In this document: positions 1 to 10,503 of the stretch, in pieces | Position numbering within the stretch: the stretch's first letter is position 1 | How the letters are laid out: each line of letters starts with the position of its first letter | Assembly (NCBI RefSeq): GCF_006345805.1 | Contig: NW_021824061.1 | Span: 1 to 19,885, forward strand | Source: Octopus sinensis | Taxonomy: Eukaryota | Direction of reading: 5' to 3' | Length of the DNA: 19,885 nt | Notes under the pieces: model-generated | The model's input: only the letters and a program-made list of their open reading frames with translations | Databases searched by the model: none | Told to the model about the DNA's origin: nothing | Position numbers and translations under genes: made by a program

Positions 1-120
1 GACGGTAACCACTCAGATCACGCTAGGTTTATACAAATTTCTAGAAATAGAAAGCAAAATTGAATCTGTTGGAAAAATGGAAGAGTCGTAAATGAAAGAA
101 TCACGTCAAGGTGTTAATAA

Positions 121-746
121 ATATGTGTGTGTGTGTGTTATGTGTATGTGTGTGTTTGTTTGTTTGTACGTGTGTATATGTAACATATAAGTATGTGTGA
201 ACGTATTATATAATCACACACACGCACATATATATATGTATGTATGTATTTATATATATATATCATATAATATATTTATTTATATATGTATGTATATAAT
301 GTATCTATACATATATGTACGTTTGTGTGTATGTATTTATATATATGTATATATACATATATGTATGATTGTGTGTATGTATATATATGTATATATACAT
401 ATATATATGTGTATGTATGTATATAGATATGTGTATGTTTGTATGTATGTATACACAGTCAAAATATATTCAAATACATAAATTTGCATATACAAATGTA
501 CATACCTGTGTGCATATATATATATATTTATACGTATATATATATATATATATATGCATACATATATACATAAACATATGTATACATTTCTGTATGTACA
601 TACGCATGTATACACACACACACACACACATGCATACACATGTATAGTCGCATTTCCTTTAAATAAAATTTTAAATATCTATTGAAATACATTTATATGT
701 GTGTGTACGTGTGTGTATTCATACATATATATATATATATATATAT
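121..746. repeat. Compound microsatellite (TG/TA/TATG/CA)
   Basis: Direct dinucleotide and tetranucleotide runs. The overlapping YI/MYVC/HT ORFs are artefacts of these runs. Confidence 0.95.
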
Positions 747-866
747 CACCGTGATCACCGTGACCGACCAGGCTATCAGATGTTGCTACACATCGCTGGT
801 CACAATGCGTTTCGCATTGTTTTAACCTTTAAATGACGCCACCCCGCTGGCTAAGCGAGCAGGCCA

Positions 867-867
<1 letters not shown>
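745..867 (-). mobile_element. SINE-C 3' half (octopus tRNA-derived SINE), embedded in (TA)n
   Basis: GC-richer island TCACCGTGATCACCGTGACCGACCAGG...GAGCAGGCCAA between TA runs. Recognised from memory as the 3' part of the family whose head is at 7161. The link is not demonstrable within this window. Confidence 0.55.
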
Positions 868-899
<32 letters not shown>

Positions 900-980
900 C
901 ATATTTAGAAACATGTATGTATGTATGTATGTATGTATGTATGTATGTATGTATGTATGTATGTATGCATGCATGTATGT
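868..980. repeat. (TA)n plus (TATG)n microsatellite
   Basis: Direct. Confidence 0.95.
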
Positions 981-1290
981 ATTGGAGATGTGGGCATGTT
1001 TCAAGAACAATATAGCAATTTTTACAAGGTCACTAATCCTACAAGGATGCTAGAAATAGTTACAAAATTTTGGGTTAAGCAATCGTCGGCCAGACGACTT
1101 TCCGATGACCGGTCGAGTAAGAGGTCACCGTGGTGAGCATGGAAGGCGCAGACACAAACCCAGGTGAAGGTGACTGCAGCCGCAATGAGACCTCCGGCAC
1201 GGGCATTGCTGACATTTTGCTTGGCCAATGGTCAGTGATGGTCTTGCTTGGTCACTAGTGAACAGGCCATTATGTATGTATATGTACAGT

Positions 1291-1700
1291 ACTGGCATGG
1301 CTGAGTGGTTAAGAAACTCGTTGATAGACGGAAACTGAAAGCAGCCCGTCGTACATACGGTGTGTGTGTGTCTGTATGTGTATGCCAGTGTATTTGTGTG
1401 TGCGTATGTGTGTGTTGGTGTGTTTATGTGTGTGTGTGTGTGTGCATGTGTGTGTGCGTGCGCGTGTGTATGTGTATCTGTACGCGAGTGCGTGTCATTT
1501 TTTTGTCCCCCCATCACCGTTTGACAACCGGTATTCGTATGTTTACGTCTCAACAAATTAGCGGTTCGGCAATAGAGAGCGAGAGAGTAAGTACCAGGCA
1601 TTAAAAAGAAATAAAGCACTTGGGTCGATTCATTCAACTAGAGTCCCTCAAGGCTTTGCCCCAGCGTGGCCGCAGTCCAATGACTAAAACGAGTAAAAAA
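1291..1700 (+). mobile_element. SINE-A, old diverged copy with an internal deletion in the head and a central (TG)n
   Basis: Matches the reverse complement of 4678-5076 and 13581-13969 (GACGGAAACTGAAAG, TTAGCGGTTCGGCAA, GGCCGCAGTC). Most of the tRNA head between the A box and GATAGACGG is missing. Confidence 0.8.
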
Positions 1701-2115
1701 ACCCACAAAAGATAGACGATAAACTGTATATCTCTAGATAACTAGCGCTCTACAGTTTTGTTCGACTCTCTACTAAACTTGCCAATCCATATGAAGATTG
1801 TACAACGTCTACCTTGTTGAGATTTTGTAATATCTTGTCTGTTCTAACAGGAAAATTGAGTGAGTGCTAAATATATCAGTCAGCTGTCTTTGAGTGCCAG
1901 AGAGAGATACGCCATGATAAATTGGTGGCGATTAAGCGAGAGAATACTTCTGTAGAACAACACTTGTGCTTTAATATATTGTCCTTGAGAATTGCAGTGA
2001 AGTGCTTGCTGCCATGTGGCAACAGAGCCATCAATATTTTCTAAGTACTTGGACAGGATTCAGTATCAAACCTACTTATTTATATACAAATACCTGCTTT
2101 CATACGTTTGTGCGT

Positions 2116-2285
2116 ATATATATATATATCTTTATTTCTCTATATTTTACTTATATACATGTGTGAGTGCGTATGTGTGTACGTGTGTGTAAATGTATAA
2201 ATGTATAAATGTCCAACTGTGTATAACTGTATGTATAAATATATGTATATCAATGTATACACGTACATAATATCCTTATTATATG

Positions 2286-2332
<47 letters not shown>

Positions 2333-2350
2333 ATATTATTATATACATAT

Positions 2351-2383
<33 letters not shown>

Positions 2384-2392
2384 GATATATAT

Positions 2393-2431
<39 letters not shown>
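2116..2431. repeat. (TA)n/(TG)n/(CA)n microsatellite
   Basis: Direct. Confidence 0.95.
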
Positions 2432-2435
<4 letters not shown>

Positions 2436-4217
2436 GGTATGAAGAAAAATACAACATGGACAAGAACGTATAACTCATAGAAGACGATACAATAAACATG
2501 GACAGGACATTCGAACCCCTCAGTCTTCAGTCAAGAGACCGGATCATCGTAGTAATTTCGGCTGATAATCTTGAGATACTAGATCACGGCCAGCCCTCCA
2601 AGAAAACTAAGCTGGAAGCGTAGATTTCCTGGAAAAGGATCGAATGCATACGAACCCAGGACAGCAAAAGGGACGATATAAAAAAAACAAAAAACAATAA
2701 TGGAATACAGAAACATGAAATACAGAGCATTAACGGTTGAAAACAACAAGTGTCTTACGACTGATAACAAGCAAACAATTTTTTTCTCTGGCGCATTGGA
2801 AAAAGCCTTTATAGCGGCGGACGAAGAACACCGATGTTAACACGACGAGGGTCAGGAGCTGAAAGGCAGATTTCGGCCAACAGTCACGTGACAGAGAAGA
2901 GAAAAGAAAAGAAAGAGAAGAAAGGAAGAGAGAGAGAGAAAAGGGGGACAAAACGCAACAAAGAGAGAGAGAGAGAGAAAGAAGGAATCAGAGAGGAGAA
3001 GGGATGGGTGTCGAAGAATGACCTGTGAGTGCAGAGCGAGACAAAGAAATAGGAGGGAGTGGAAGACTAGACCAAGGATCAGAGGAAAGAGAAGATGAAT
3101 AGAGAGAAAGTAAAAATGAGAAGAGAGAGAGACAAACAGAGAGTCGTACCAATTATTAGAATATGTTTCACATTAATGATAAAGGGGGTACGGGGCGCCT
3201 GGAATATATGTTAAGGTATGTAGAAAAATACAACATGGACAAGAACGTATAACTCATAGAAGACGATACAATAACATGGACAGGACATTCGAACCCCTCA
3301 GTCTTCAGTCAAGAACCGGATCATCGTAGTAATTTCGGCTGATTAATCTTGAGATTACTAGATCACGGCCAGCCCTCCAAGAAAAACTAAGCTGGAAGCG
3401 TAGATTTCCTGGAAGAAGGATCGAATGCATACGAACACCAGGACAGCAAAAGGGACAGATATAAAAAAAACAAAAAACAATAATGGAATACAGAAACATG
3501 AAATACAGAAGCATTAACGGTGAAAAAACAAGTGTCTTACGACTGATAACAAGCAAACAAATTTTTTCTCTGGCGCATTGGAAAAAGCCTTATAGCGGCG
3601 GACGAAGAACAACGATGTTAACACGACGAGGGTCAGAGCTGAAAGGCAGATTTCGGCCAACATCACGTGACAGAGAAGAGGGAAAAGAAAAGAAAGAGAA
3701 GAAAGGAAGAGAGAAGAGAGAAAAGGGGGACAAAACGCAACAAAGAGAGAGAAGAGAGAGAAAAAAGGAATCAGAGAGGAGAAGGGATGGGTGTCGAAGA
3801 ATGACCTGTGAGTGCAGAGCGAGACAAAGAAATAGGAGGGTAGTGAAGACTAGACCAAGGATCAGAGGAAAGAGAAGATGAATAGAGAGAAAGTAAAAAT
3901 GAGAGAGAGAGAGAGACAAACAGAGAGTCGTACCATTATTAAGAATATGTGTTCACATTAATGATAAAGGGGGTACGGGGCGCCTGGAATATATGTTAAG
4001 GTATGTAGAAAAATACAACATGGACAAGAACGTAATAACTCATAGAAGACGATACAATAAACATGGACAGGACATTCGAACCCCTCAGTCTTCAGTCAAG
4101 AACCGGATCATCGTAGTAATTTCGGCTGATTAATCTTGAGATTACTAGATCACGGCCAGCCCTCCAAGAAAAACTAAGCTGGAAGCGTAGATTTCCTGGA
4201 AGAAGGATCGAATGCAT
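2432..4217 (-). mobile_element. ~780-bp head-to-tail tandem element, 2.3 copies; possible non-autonomous Penelope-like pseudo-LTR
   Basis: Units 2432-3210, 3211-3995 and 3996-4217 (partial) are near-identical apart mostly from 1-bp indels. (TA)-rich repeats flank both sides and there is no credible ORF. The tandem structure is certain; the Penelope assignment and strand are inference. Confidence 0.6.
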
Positions 4218-4281
4218 GTACATATATATATATACATATAAACACATACACATATATACATATATAAATTTATATATATAT
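4218..4281. repeat. TA/CA microsatellite
   Basis: Direct. Confidence 0.9.
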
Positions 4282-4491
4282 CATTGCTATTATGTAAAAG
4301 TGTCTAAGACCAAAACGTTACTTTTTCAGAAAACGAAGAAGTAGTTTCACCATTCCATAGCAAAACCATTGTACTACACCTTGACAATTTTTGATATTTT
4401 GGCATCTGAAGCAGCTGGAGGTACGACAGTTTGACCAAAAGAACTGGCTATAAATATTGGGCCGTTTATCATAATATCAACGATATATATA

Positions 4492-4562
4492 TACTCTTTT
4501 TTTTTTTTTACTCTTTTACTTGCTTCAGTCATTTGACTGCGGCCATGCTGGAGCACCGCCTT
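4492..4562 (-). mobile_element. SINE-A 3' tail fragment
   Basis: TACTCTTTTACTTG.TTCAGTCATTTGACTGCGGCCATGCTGGAGCACCGCC, as at 4681-4735. Confidence 0.9.
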
Positions 4563-4662
4563 GACTGAAGAATAGAGGCTTCGAATGACCCGTCCGTTTT
4601 TTGTGTCATTTATTTGAATGTTTTGCGTTCTTGTCCCATTTTGTATTTCTCTATATATTTTT
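4560..4662 (+). mobile_element. Diverged, inverted relative of the terminus of the 780-bp element
   Basis: CTTGACTGAAGA..GAGG..TTCGAATG.CC.GTCC...CGTTCTTGTCC..TTGTATTT aligns with the reverse complement of 2432-2535. Confidence 0.75.
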
Positions 4663-4677
4663 TATACATATATTATA

Positions 4678-5076
4678 TCTTTTACTCTTTTACTTGTTTC
4701 AGTCATTTGACTGTGGCCATGCTGGAGCACCGCCTTTAGTCGAGGAAATTGACCCCAGGACTTATTCTTTGTAAGCCAAGTACTTGTTCTATCGGTCTCT
4801 TTTGCCGAACCGCTAAGTTACGGGGACGTAAACACCCAGCATCGGGGGGGGGGGGTCAAACACAAACACACAAACATATACACACATACATACACACACA
4901 TATATATAGTATATACGACGGGCTTCTTTCAGTTTCCATATACCAAATCCACTCACAAGGCTTTGATCTGCCCGAGGCTATAGAAGACACTTGTCCAAGA
5001 TGCCACACAGTTCGGACTGAACCCGGAACCATGTGGTTCGTAAGCAAGCTATTTACCACACAGCTACTCCTACGCC
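4678..5076 (-). mobile_element. SINE-A, near full length
   Basis: The minus strand has a tRNA-like head (GGCGTAGGAGTAGCTGTGTGG A box; GGTTCAGTCC B-box-like), a central CA/TA repeat and a (GAGTAAAA)n tail. Collinear with 13581-13969. Confidence 0.9.
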
Positions 5077-5191
5077 TATATATATAAACCCTCCTTCTTC
5101 CCTTCTTTCCTGATCGTCCAATAATACTTTATTTGTTCCACGTCCTTGCGTTGTTGTTTTTTTGTTTTTGTTTTCTTGTTTGGATTAACTT

Positions 5192-5224
<33 letters not shown>

Positions 5225-5614
5225 TATATATATATGACTCGACAGGGAGAATAAAAATTCTACACGAAACTAGTAGGTTAATTATGGAAACTATATTCAT
5301 AGCGTAATACAATGTTAAAATTAACTCGCAAACACAGATTCAAAAGAATCTGACAAAGCAAAGCCTATCGCCCAAAAGAGGCCTAACGCTCAAAATTCGA
5401 GCGAGACAAAGAAACCAACAGGTGACTGCTGTTGTGTGATGCTAATGGTCAAAACACATCTGGCAGGAAAGTCTACACGAATTCAATCGGTATGTAAGAA
5501 ATACGACAAACACAAAATATATTCGATTTGTGATAATGAGAATACGGAGGTCTAGAAATGCTGGATATGGATTTGGGAACTCTACTGTTCTAAGCCAATT
5601 GTAACACGCTAATA

Positions 5615-5766
5615 AGAAGATTAGGTACATTCTATGTAGCAATGTTATTTTATACCAAGTTTTCCGAGAGATGGCAGCTATGACAAGGGAGATAATCGCT
5701 CCCTTCACAACATGAAAAGGGTTAAAAAAATTTGAATTTAAAATTAAGGAATTTTTTGAGAAAACA
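5615..5766. repeat. ~150-bp duplicated segment, copy 1 (copy 2 at 8725-8875)
   Basis: AGAAGATTAGGT...GAGAGATGGCAGCT...CATGAAAAGGGTTAAAA...GGAATTTTTTGAG present twice in the same orientation. Confidence 0.9.
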
Positions 5767-6337
5767 GGAAAAGTATACTTGTATTTAGTCGTCCATTTAA
5801 TGAAACATGCATAAAAGAAAAACGGTTCCCCATATACACAAACATTATATATATAAAAATTTGTTTATGTGTGTATGTGTGTGTGTGTGACGTATTTTGT
5901 CTGAGCCAATCATCACCCAGTAATCTGTAAAGTTCAACACAGTTTTTGTCTTTTTTTCATTTACAATACTAGTTCAGTAGTTTACTTTATCGATCTCTCT
6001 TTCCACAAATATCGAGGAAGCAGCAACAGAGAAAAAAAGTCAGTTCTTTTTCCAGCAATCTTGAACCACGATCAACTTAAACTGAATAAGAAATCATGGC
6101 CGGTTCAATTGTCTGCTGGCTATCCGAGCAAGCATAATTTAAAGGAAAACTGTCAATGGAAGAAAACGATATTTATTACAATACACAAACCAAAGAGTAC
6201 TGTTCAAACACAGCATCAAAGTTTCAAATCCTTTCGTTAATATAACAAGAAAACTGAGAGTAAGTAATGTATCTGCTTTATTATTCTTTTATTCTTTTGC
6301 ATGTTTCTGTCACAGAATCATTCATTTTTGCCAGCTA

Positions 6338-6440
6338 TGTGGACTGGAGCAACGTGAAATGAAGTGTTTTGCTCAAGAATACAACTCATTACACGGTCCG
6401 GGAATCGAAACCACATTCTTACGATCATGAGTCAAACAGC
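6338..6440 (-). mobile_element. SINE-C-related head fragment
   Basis: The minus strand reads GGTTTCGATTCCCGGACCG...TTGAGCAAAACAC, similar to 7215-7263. Same family as 12745-12845. Confidence 0.75.
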
Positions 6441-7160
6441 TGGAGCACCTCCTATTGGTAATGATTTCAATTTATTTCTACACATTTTCGTTACAGACAC
6501 TCGCCCGGTCTTCCTGAGTGGAAAATGGGTGAGTGAGAGAAAGTCCAAAGTGTACTATTGATTTTCTTGTAGTTGAGACGAATAATATTTACGTTTCGTT
6601 TGTTTTTAATTCATTTTATTTTCACATTATCACATTGCCTCCCAGACTTTGTATTTGCTAGATGTCATCCAAATAGATGACATGGCGTTACCTAACACGT
6701 TGCACCTCACACGCCTGTCCAAGTTGCCGTTACTTTCAGCTGACCCTGTGAGAAACCATTTCAAATTTTAGCTCATTTGAAAACACATATCTTAATTTCT
6801 TTTTATTCTACGTTTCTGTCAGCCAGGATCTGCTAGCACACGAGTAAGACTCAAGAGAAATAGTAACTCAAAGGCGTTCAATTAACGTTATTTTCTTCAA
6901 TATTGAATGACTCACATCCAACTCGTCTCGTTGTGTGACAAGTGCTGTTCGAACAAAACACAAATTGCCTTATTTCTTTCTGCCGCACTAATCTTCATAA
7001 AACTTTTTCTACAACACAAACTACACAATAGACTTTGTAAAACATGGAAATTGTCCATGGCAAGCTATACACTTTGCTGCGATTGATGTAAGCTTTGCTG
7101 TGATTGGTTGCTTTTAAATATGTCTTTAAAGTAACCAATAATTTCAACATCAGCTACAGC

Positions 7161-7303
7161 GGAGGCGCAATGGCCCAGTGGTTAGGACAGCGGACTCGCG
7201 GTCGTGAGAAAGCGGTTTCGATTCCCAGACCGGGCATTGTGAGTTTTTATTGAGCAAAATCACCTAAGCTCCACGAGGAGATTGGAAGAAGAAGAAAAAG
7301 AAG
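7161..7303 (+). mobile_element. Short SINE-C insertion with (GAA)n tail and ~15-bp target-site duplication
   Basis: A box TGGCCCAGTGG, B box GGTTTCGATTCC, tail GGAAGAAGAAGAAAAAGAAG. TSD ACATCAGCTACAGC (7147-7160) / ACATTAGCTACAAGC (7304-7318). The empty site is at 9173-9187. Confidence 0.9.
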
Positions 7304-7526
7304 ACATTAGCTACAAGCAATATCACAAACCGTTTTCCGGTGTTTCTTTGAGGTGTGGACTATCGTTCTGTTACATATTTGAATTATTGTCCTGTTTCAA
7401 ACATGTTCTCACGAACTATGTGCTATCTAATATTGAATTATCATACCAGTAAGATCGGAAGAGGTCTGTTTTCTATAGGTACATAGAAAATTATACCTAA
7501 ATTACTATCATTAGTTCTTCTATGAA

Positions 7527-7670
7527 TCTAAGTTCAAATTTCACCGATGTCAGCTTTGCCTGTCATCCTTTCGGGATCGATAAAATAAGTACCATTTGAG
7601 GTCTGGTATCGATGTAATCGACCGACCCCCTCCCCCGGACTTGCTGGCCTTGTACAAAAATCTGAAACCA
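7527..7670 (+). mobile_element. Old SINE-B-related copy with an alternative 3' tail
   Basis: AGTTCAAATT...CTTTGCC.GTCATCCTTTCGGGATCGATAAAATAAGTACC core. The tail TTGCTGGCCTTGT...GAAACCA matches the reverse complement of 9714-9745. Confidence 0.75.
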
Positions 7671-8340
7671 TGCTTATTTCTGTGAACATTCTCTTAATTT
7701 TCTACATGTACAAAAAATTATGCAGATGGAGCATACACTTTAACCGCAACACATCTTCGAATGGAGCAGGTAAGATGAAAATAGAATCAATAAAATTGGT
7801 ACCTGGAAATTTCACACGAATTTGTTAGCGTAATATTCATAGATATCACGCCAAACAGTGGAACTGCTAAAGGGTTAAGGAAAACTTCCTTCAGGGAATT
7901 ATGTTGAAAATAAGGAAAGCAAGCTGAGCTATCAGATCTATCTTAATGGGAAAATATTTAGAAAAGATTGTAAGATTATCATAACTAACACATGTTAATA
8001 GCAACAAAAATAGCAATGTGTCGAGCATAATGTACTTGGAAGAAACATGTAAACCTCGGAGAATTTTACATCAAATAGCTTCAATATAAGTAAAAGACAG
8101 CACTGGAAGAAATACGTAGAAAGGAGACTTTCATCGCTACGTTAATAACATACGTTGAACAAACAGAACGGCTCATTCAATAAACTTCGCACGGATAATA
8201 TATATTAATATAAATCTCCAGTGCAACTAGAGAATCAATCAACATATGGGAGTGTTAACCTCATTTTAATTGTAATAATTGGTAGCGTAACACAAACGTG
8301 TGTTACCTGAAGTGTACCACTGCTCCTCTCCAGAAGATTA

Positions 8341-8716
8341 TATTTCTTTATTTATCTATAAAAAGGTTTACATAGAGGGGACGTTACAAGGACAGACAAG
8401 GGAATGTAGGGTATAAACACGCTTCTTATATTCAAGATGAAAAGACAGATGGATTTACATGTACGGATGGGAATTAAAAATATAAGTGATGATTGGATGG
8501 AATTTGGGTTCCGGGTTAGTGAATTAACCCGCCGGTTGGTTATCTCTTTTTGGTAATCTTTTCCTTTCCTTTTATGTCCCGACCGACCGTGCATTCTCAT
8601 CTTTCTTACCACTGTTATCCATCTTTTTTCAAACGCTCTTTGCGGCAGGCTCCTCCTCTCTAGACGGATCTTGCTGGACAGATGGGCGGCGAAGTAATTC
8701 ACCAGCCCACGTCCGG
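8341..8716 (-). mobile_element. 5'-truncated Tx1/L1-clade LINE (ORF2 C-terminus plus 3' UTR) with 17-bp TSD
   Basis: Perfect TSD TCCTCTCCAGAAGATTA at 8324-8340 and 8717-8733. The minus frame encodes GRGLVNYFAAHLSSKIRLERRSLPQRAFEKRWITVVR, resembling the Tx1-type ORF2 end (KIR.ER..L....F..RW). It ends AATAAAGAAATA. The retroposed insertion is firm; the clade call is by motif memory. Confidence 0.72.
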
Positions 8717-8724
8717 TCCTCTCC

Positions 8725-8875
8725 AGAAGATTAGGTCCATCCTATGTAGCAATGTTATTTTACACGTAGTTTTCCGAGAGATGGCAGCTGTGACACGGGA
8801 AATAATCGCTCCCTTCACAACATGAAAAGGGTTAAAAAATTTGAATTTAAAATTAAGGAATTTTTTGAGGAAACA
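8725..8875. repeat. ~150-bp duplicated segment, copy 2
   Basis: Aligns with 5615-5766. Confidence 0.9.
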
Positions 8876-9148
8876 AATATGGAAATCACATATTTAATTT
8901 TTTTTTGTTTACCATTTCTTCCATTCTTATGACCTGTGATTTATTAATTAAATATTATTTTATGCAGTGAGACACTTCATTAACGATTAGCATAATTACA
9001 ATCAGAAGGAAATAAATGAAAGACGATTTGGCTTTCTTTTCTCCATAAAATGTTAGCAGTTTAAGAATCGAAAAGAAAGAGAGAACGTTCTTAATGTTTA
9101 CATACAGAATAATAGCTGTTTCTAGGGAAATTCTACCTTCTAAAGATA

Positions 9149-9236
9149 TCTTTAAAGCAACCAATAATTTCAACATCAGCTACAAGCAATATCACAAACC
9201 GTTTCCCGGTGTTTCTTTGAGGTGTGGACAATCGTT
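9149..9236. repeat. 88-bp duplicated segment; empty-site paralogue of 7123-7367
   Basis: Matches 7123-7367 once the SINE and one TSD copy are removed. Confidence 0.9.
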
Positions 9237-9531
9237 TCGGGCTGCTATTTCTTATTAGTAATCTTTATGTTGCATATTTTGTTTCTGTTTAGCCTCAGGT
9301 CAAAGCCGATCTAATAAGCTTCCAAACAAAGCCATTTCGACCATGACAACCCATTCTGTTTGAAGATGTAACTTTCAAACTTTTGTAGCCCAGTATCACA
9401 TTTTACTTAGCCTTCTACATGTTTTGTGCCCCACAACCACAAAAAAAAAAAACGAGCTATAAATCAATTCTAATGAAACGAATGTTATTTTGCACAATCC
9501 ATTATTATCCATACCTTTTTATAATCCATAT

Positions 9532-9684
9532 TCTTCTTTCAGTTTCCGTCGACCAAATCCACTCTCAAGGCTTTGGTCGGCCCGAGGTTATAGTAGAAGA
9601 CATTTGCCGAAGGTGTCACGCAGTGGGACTGAACCTGGAACCATGTGGTTGGTAAGCAAGCTACTTACCACATAGCCAATCCTA
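9532..9684 (-). mobile_element. SINE-A 5' half
   Basis: Aligns with 13815-13965. Confidence 0.88.
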
Positions 9685-9713
9685 TTGAATTTTTTATGGA
9701 AATTACTTAAAAG

Positions 9714-9925
9714 TGGCTTCAAATTTTGGCACAACGTCAACAGTTGTGAAGGAAAGGGGCAAGTCCATCGAAGTGACCCCAGTTTTCAGCTGGTACTTTT
9801 TTTACCGATCCCGAAAGGAGGAAAAGCAAAGTCGACCTCAGTAGAATTTGAACTCAGAACGAAAAGAGCCGGAAGAAATACCACTGATCATTTCGTCCAA
9901 TTCGTTCACGAATCTCCCAGTTCTA
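9714..9925 (-). mobile_element. Old SINE-B-related copy (alternative tail)
   Basis: GACCCCAGT...CTGGTACT...CCCGAAAGGA.GAAA.GCAAAGTCGACCTC...GAATTTGAACTCAGAAC. Confidence 0.8.
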
Positions 9926-10078
9926 AACTTCAAGAGGAATTACGTAATGAAATTATGCTGTACCTTGATGCCTAAGCAGTCATATTTCTGTTCTCATCAC
10001 TCAATGTCCAACTCATTCTAATCCACCAAAAATGTTTTGAGAACGTGCTTTAAATGCAAGTATTGTATCTGATTTAAA

Positions 10079-10293
10079 TACTCTTTACTCTTTTACTCTT
10101 TTACTTGTTTCAGTCATTTGACTGCGGCCATGCTGGAGCACCGCCTTTAGTCGAGCAAATCTACCCCAGAACTTATTCTTTGTAAGCCTAGTACTTATTC
10201 TATCGGCCTCTTTTGCCGAACTGCTAATTTACAGGGACGTAAACACACCACCATCGGTTGTCAAGCGATGGTGGGTGGATAAACACGGACACA
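10079..10293 (-). mobile_element. SINE-A 3' half
   Basis: (TACTCTTT)n tail and body collinear with 13581-13790. Confidence 0.9.
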
Positions 10294-10503
10294 GGGGGCT
10301 AAACACAGAGAAGACAAACAAGGACAGACAAAATGATTAAGTCAATTACACCGACCCGTGTTTAACTGGTACTTATTTAATCGACTCCGAAAAGATGAAA
10401 GACAAAGTCGACCTTAGCGGAATGTGAACTGAGAACGTAACGGCAGACGAAATACTGCTAAACATTTCGCCCTGCGTGCTAACGATTCTGCCAGCTCATC
10501 ACC
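10294..10503 (-). mobile_element. SINE-B monomer, joined directly to the SINE-A 3' half
   Basis: GGGGCTAAACACAGAG...GGCAGACGAAATAC.GCTAA.CATTTCGCCC..CGTGCTAACGATTCTGCCAGCTC, as at 15760-15963. Confidence 0.88.

Noticed and set aside
1851-1859. 9-nt microexon (CTAACAG|GAAAATTGA|GTGAGT)
   Set aside because: The splice signals are plausible, but the pyrimidine tract is short and one phase is a stop. Too weak without RNA data.
2579-3919. ORFs within the 780-bp units
   Set aside because: Driven by the GA/CT-rich tract and not frame-conserved between near-identical copies.
6056-6259. 204-nt exon between strong splice signals
   Set aside because: All three frames contain stop codons.
7161-7235. 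Functional tRNA gene
   Set aside because: The tRNA-like head continues into SINE body, tail and TSD, and there is no proper acceptor stem.
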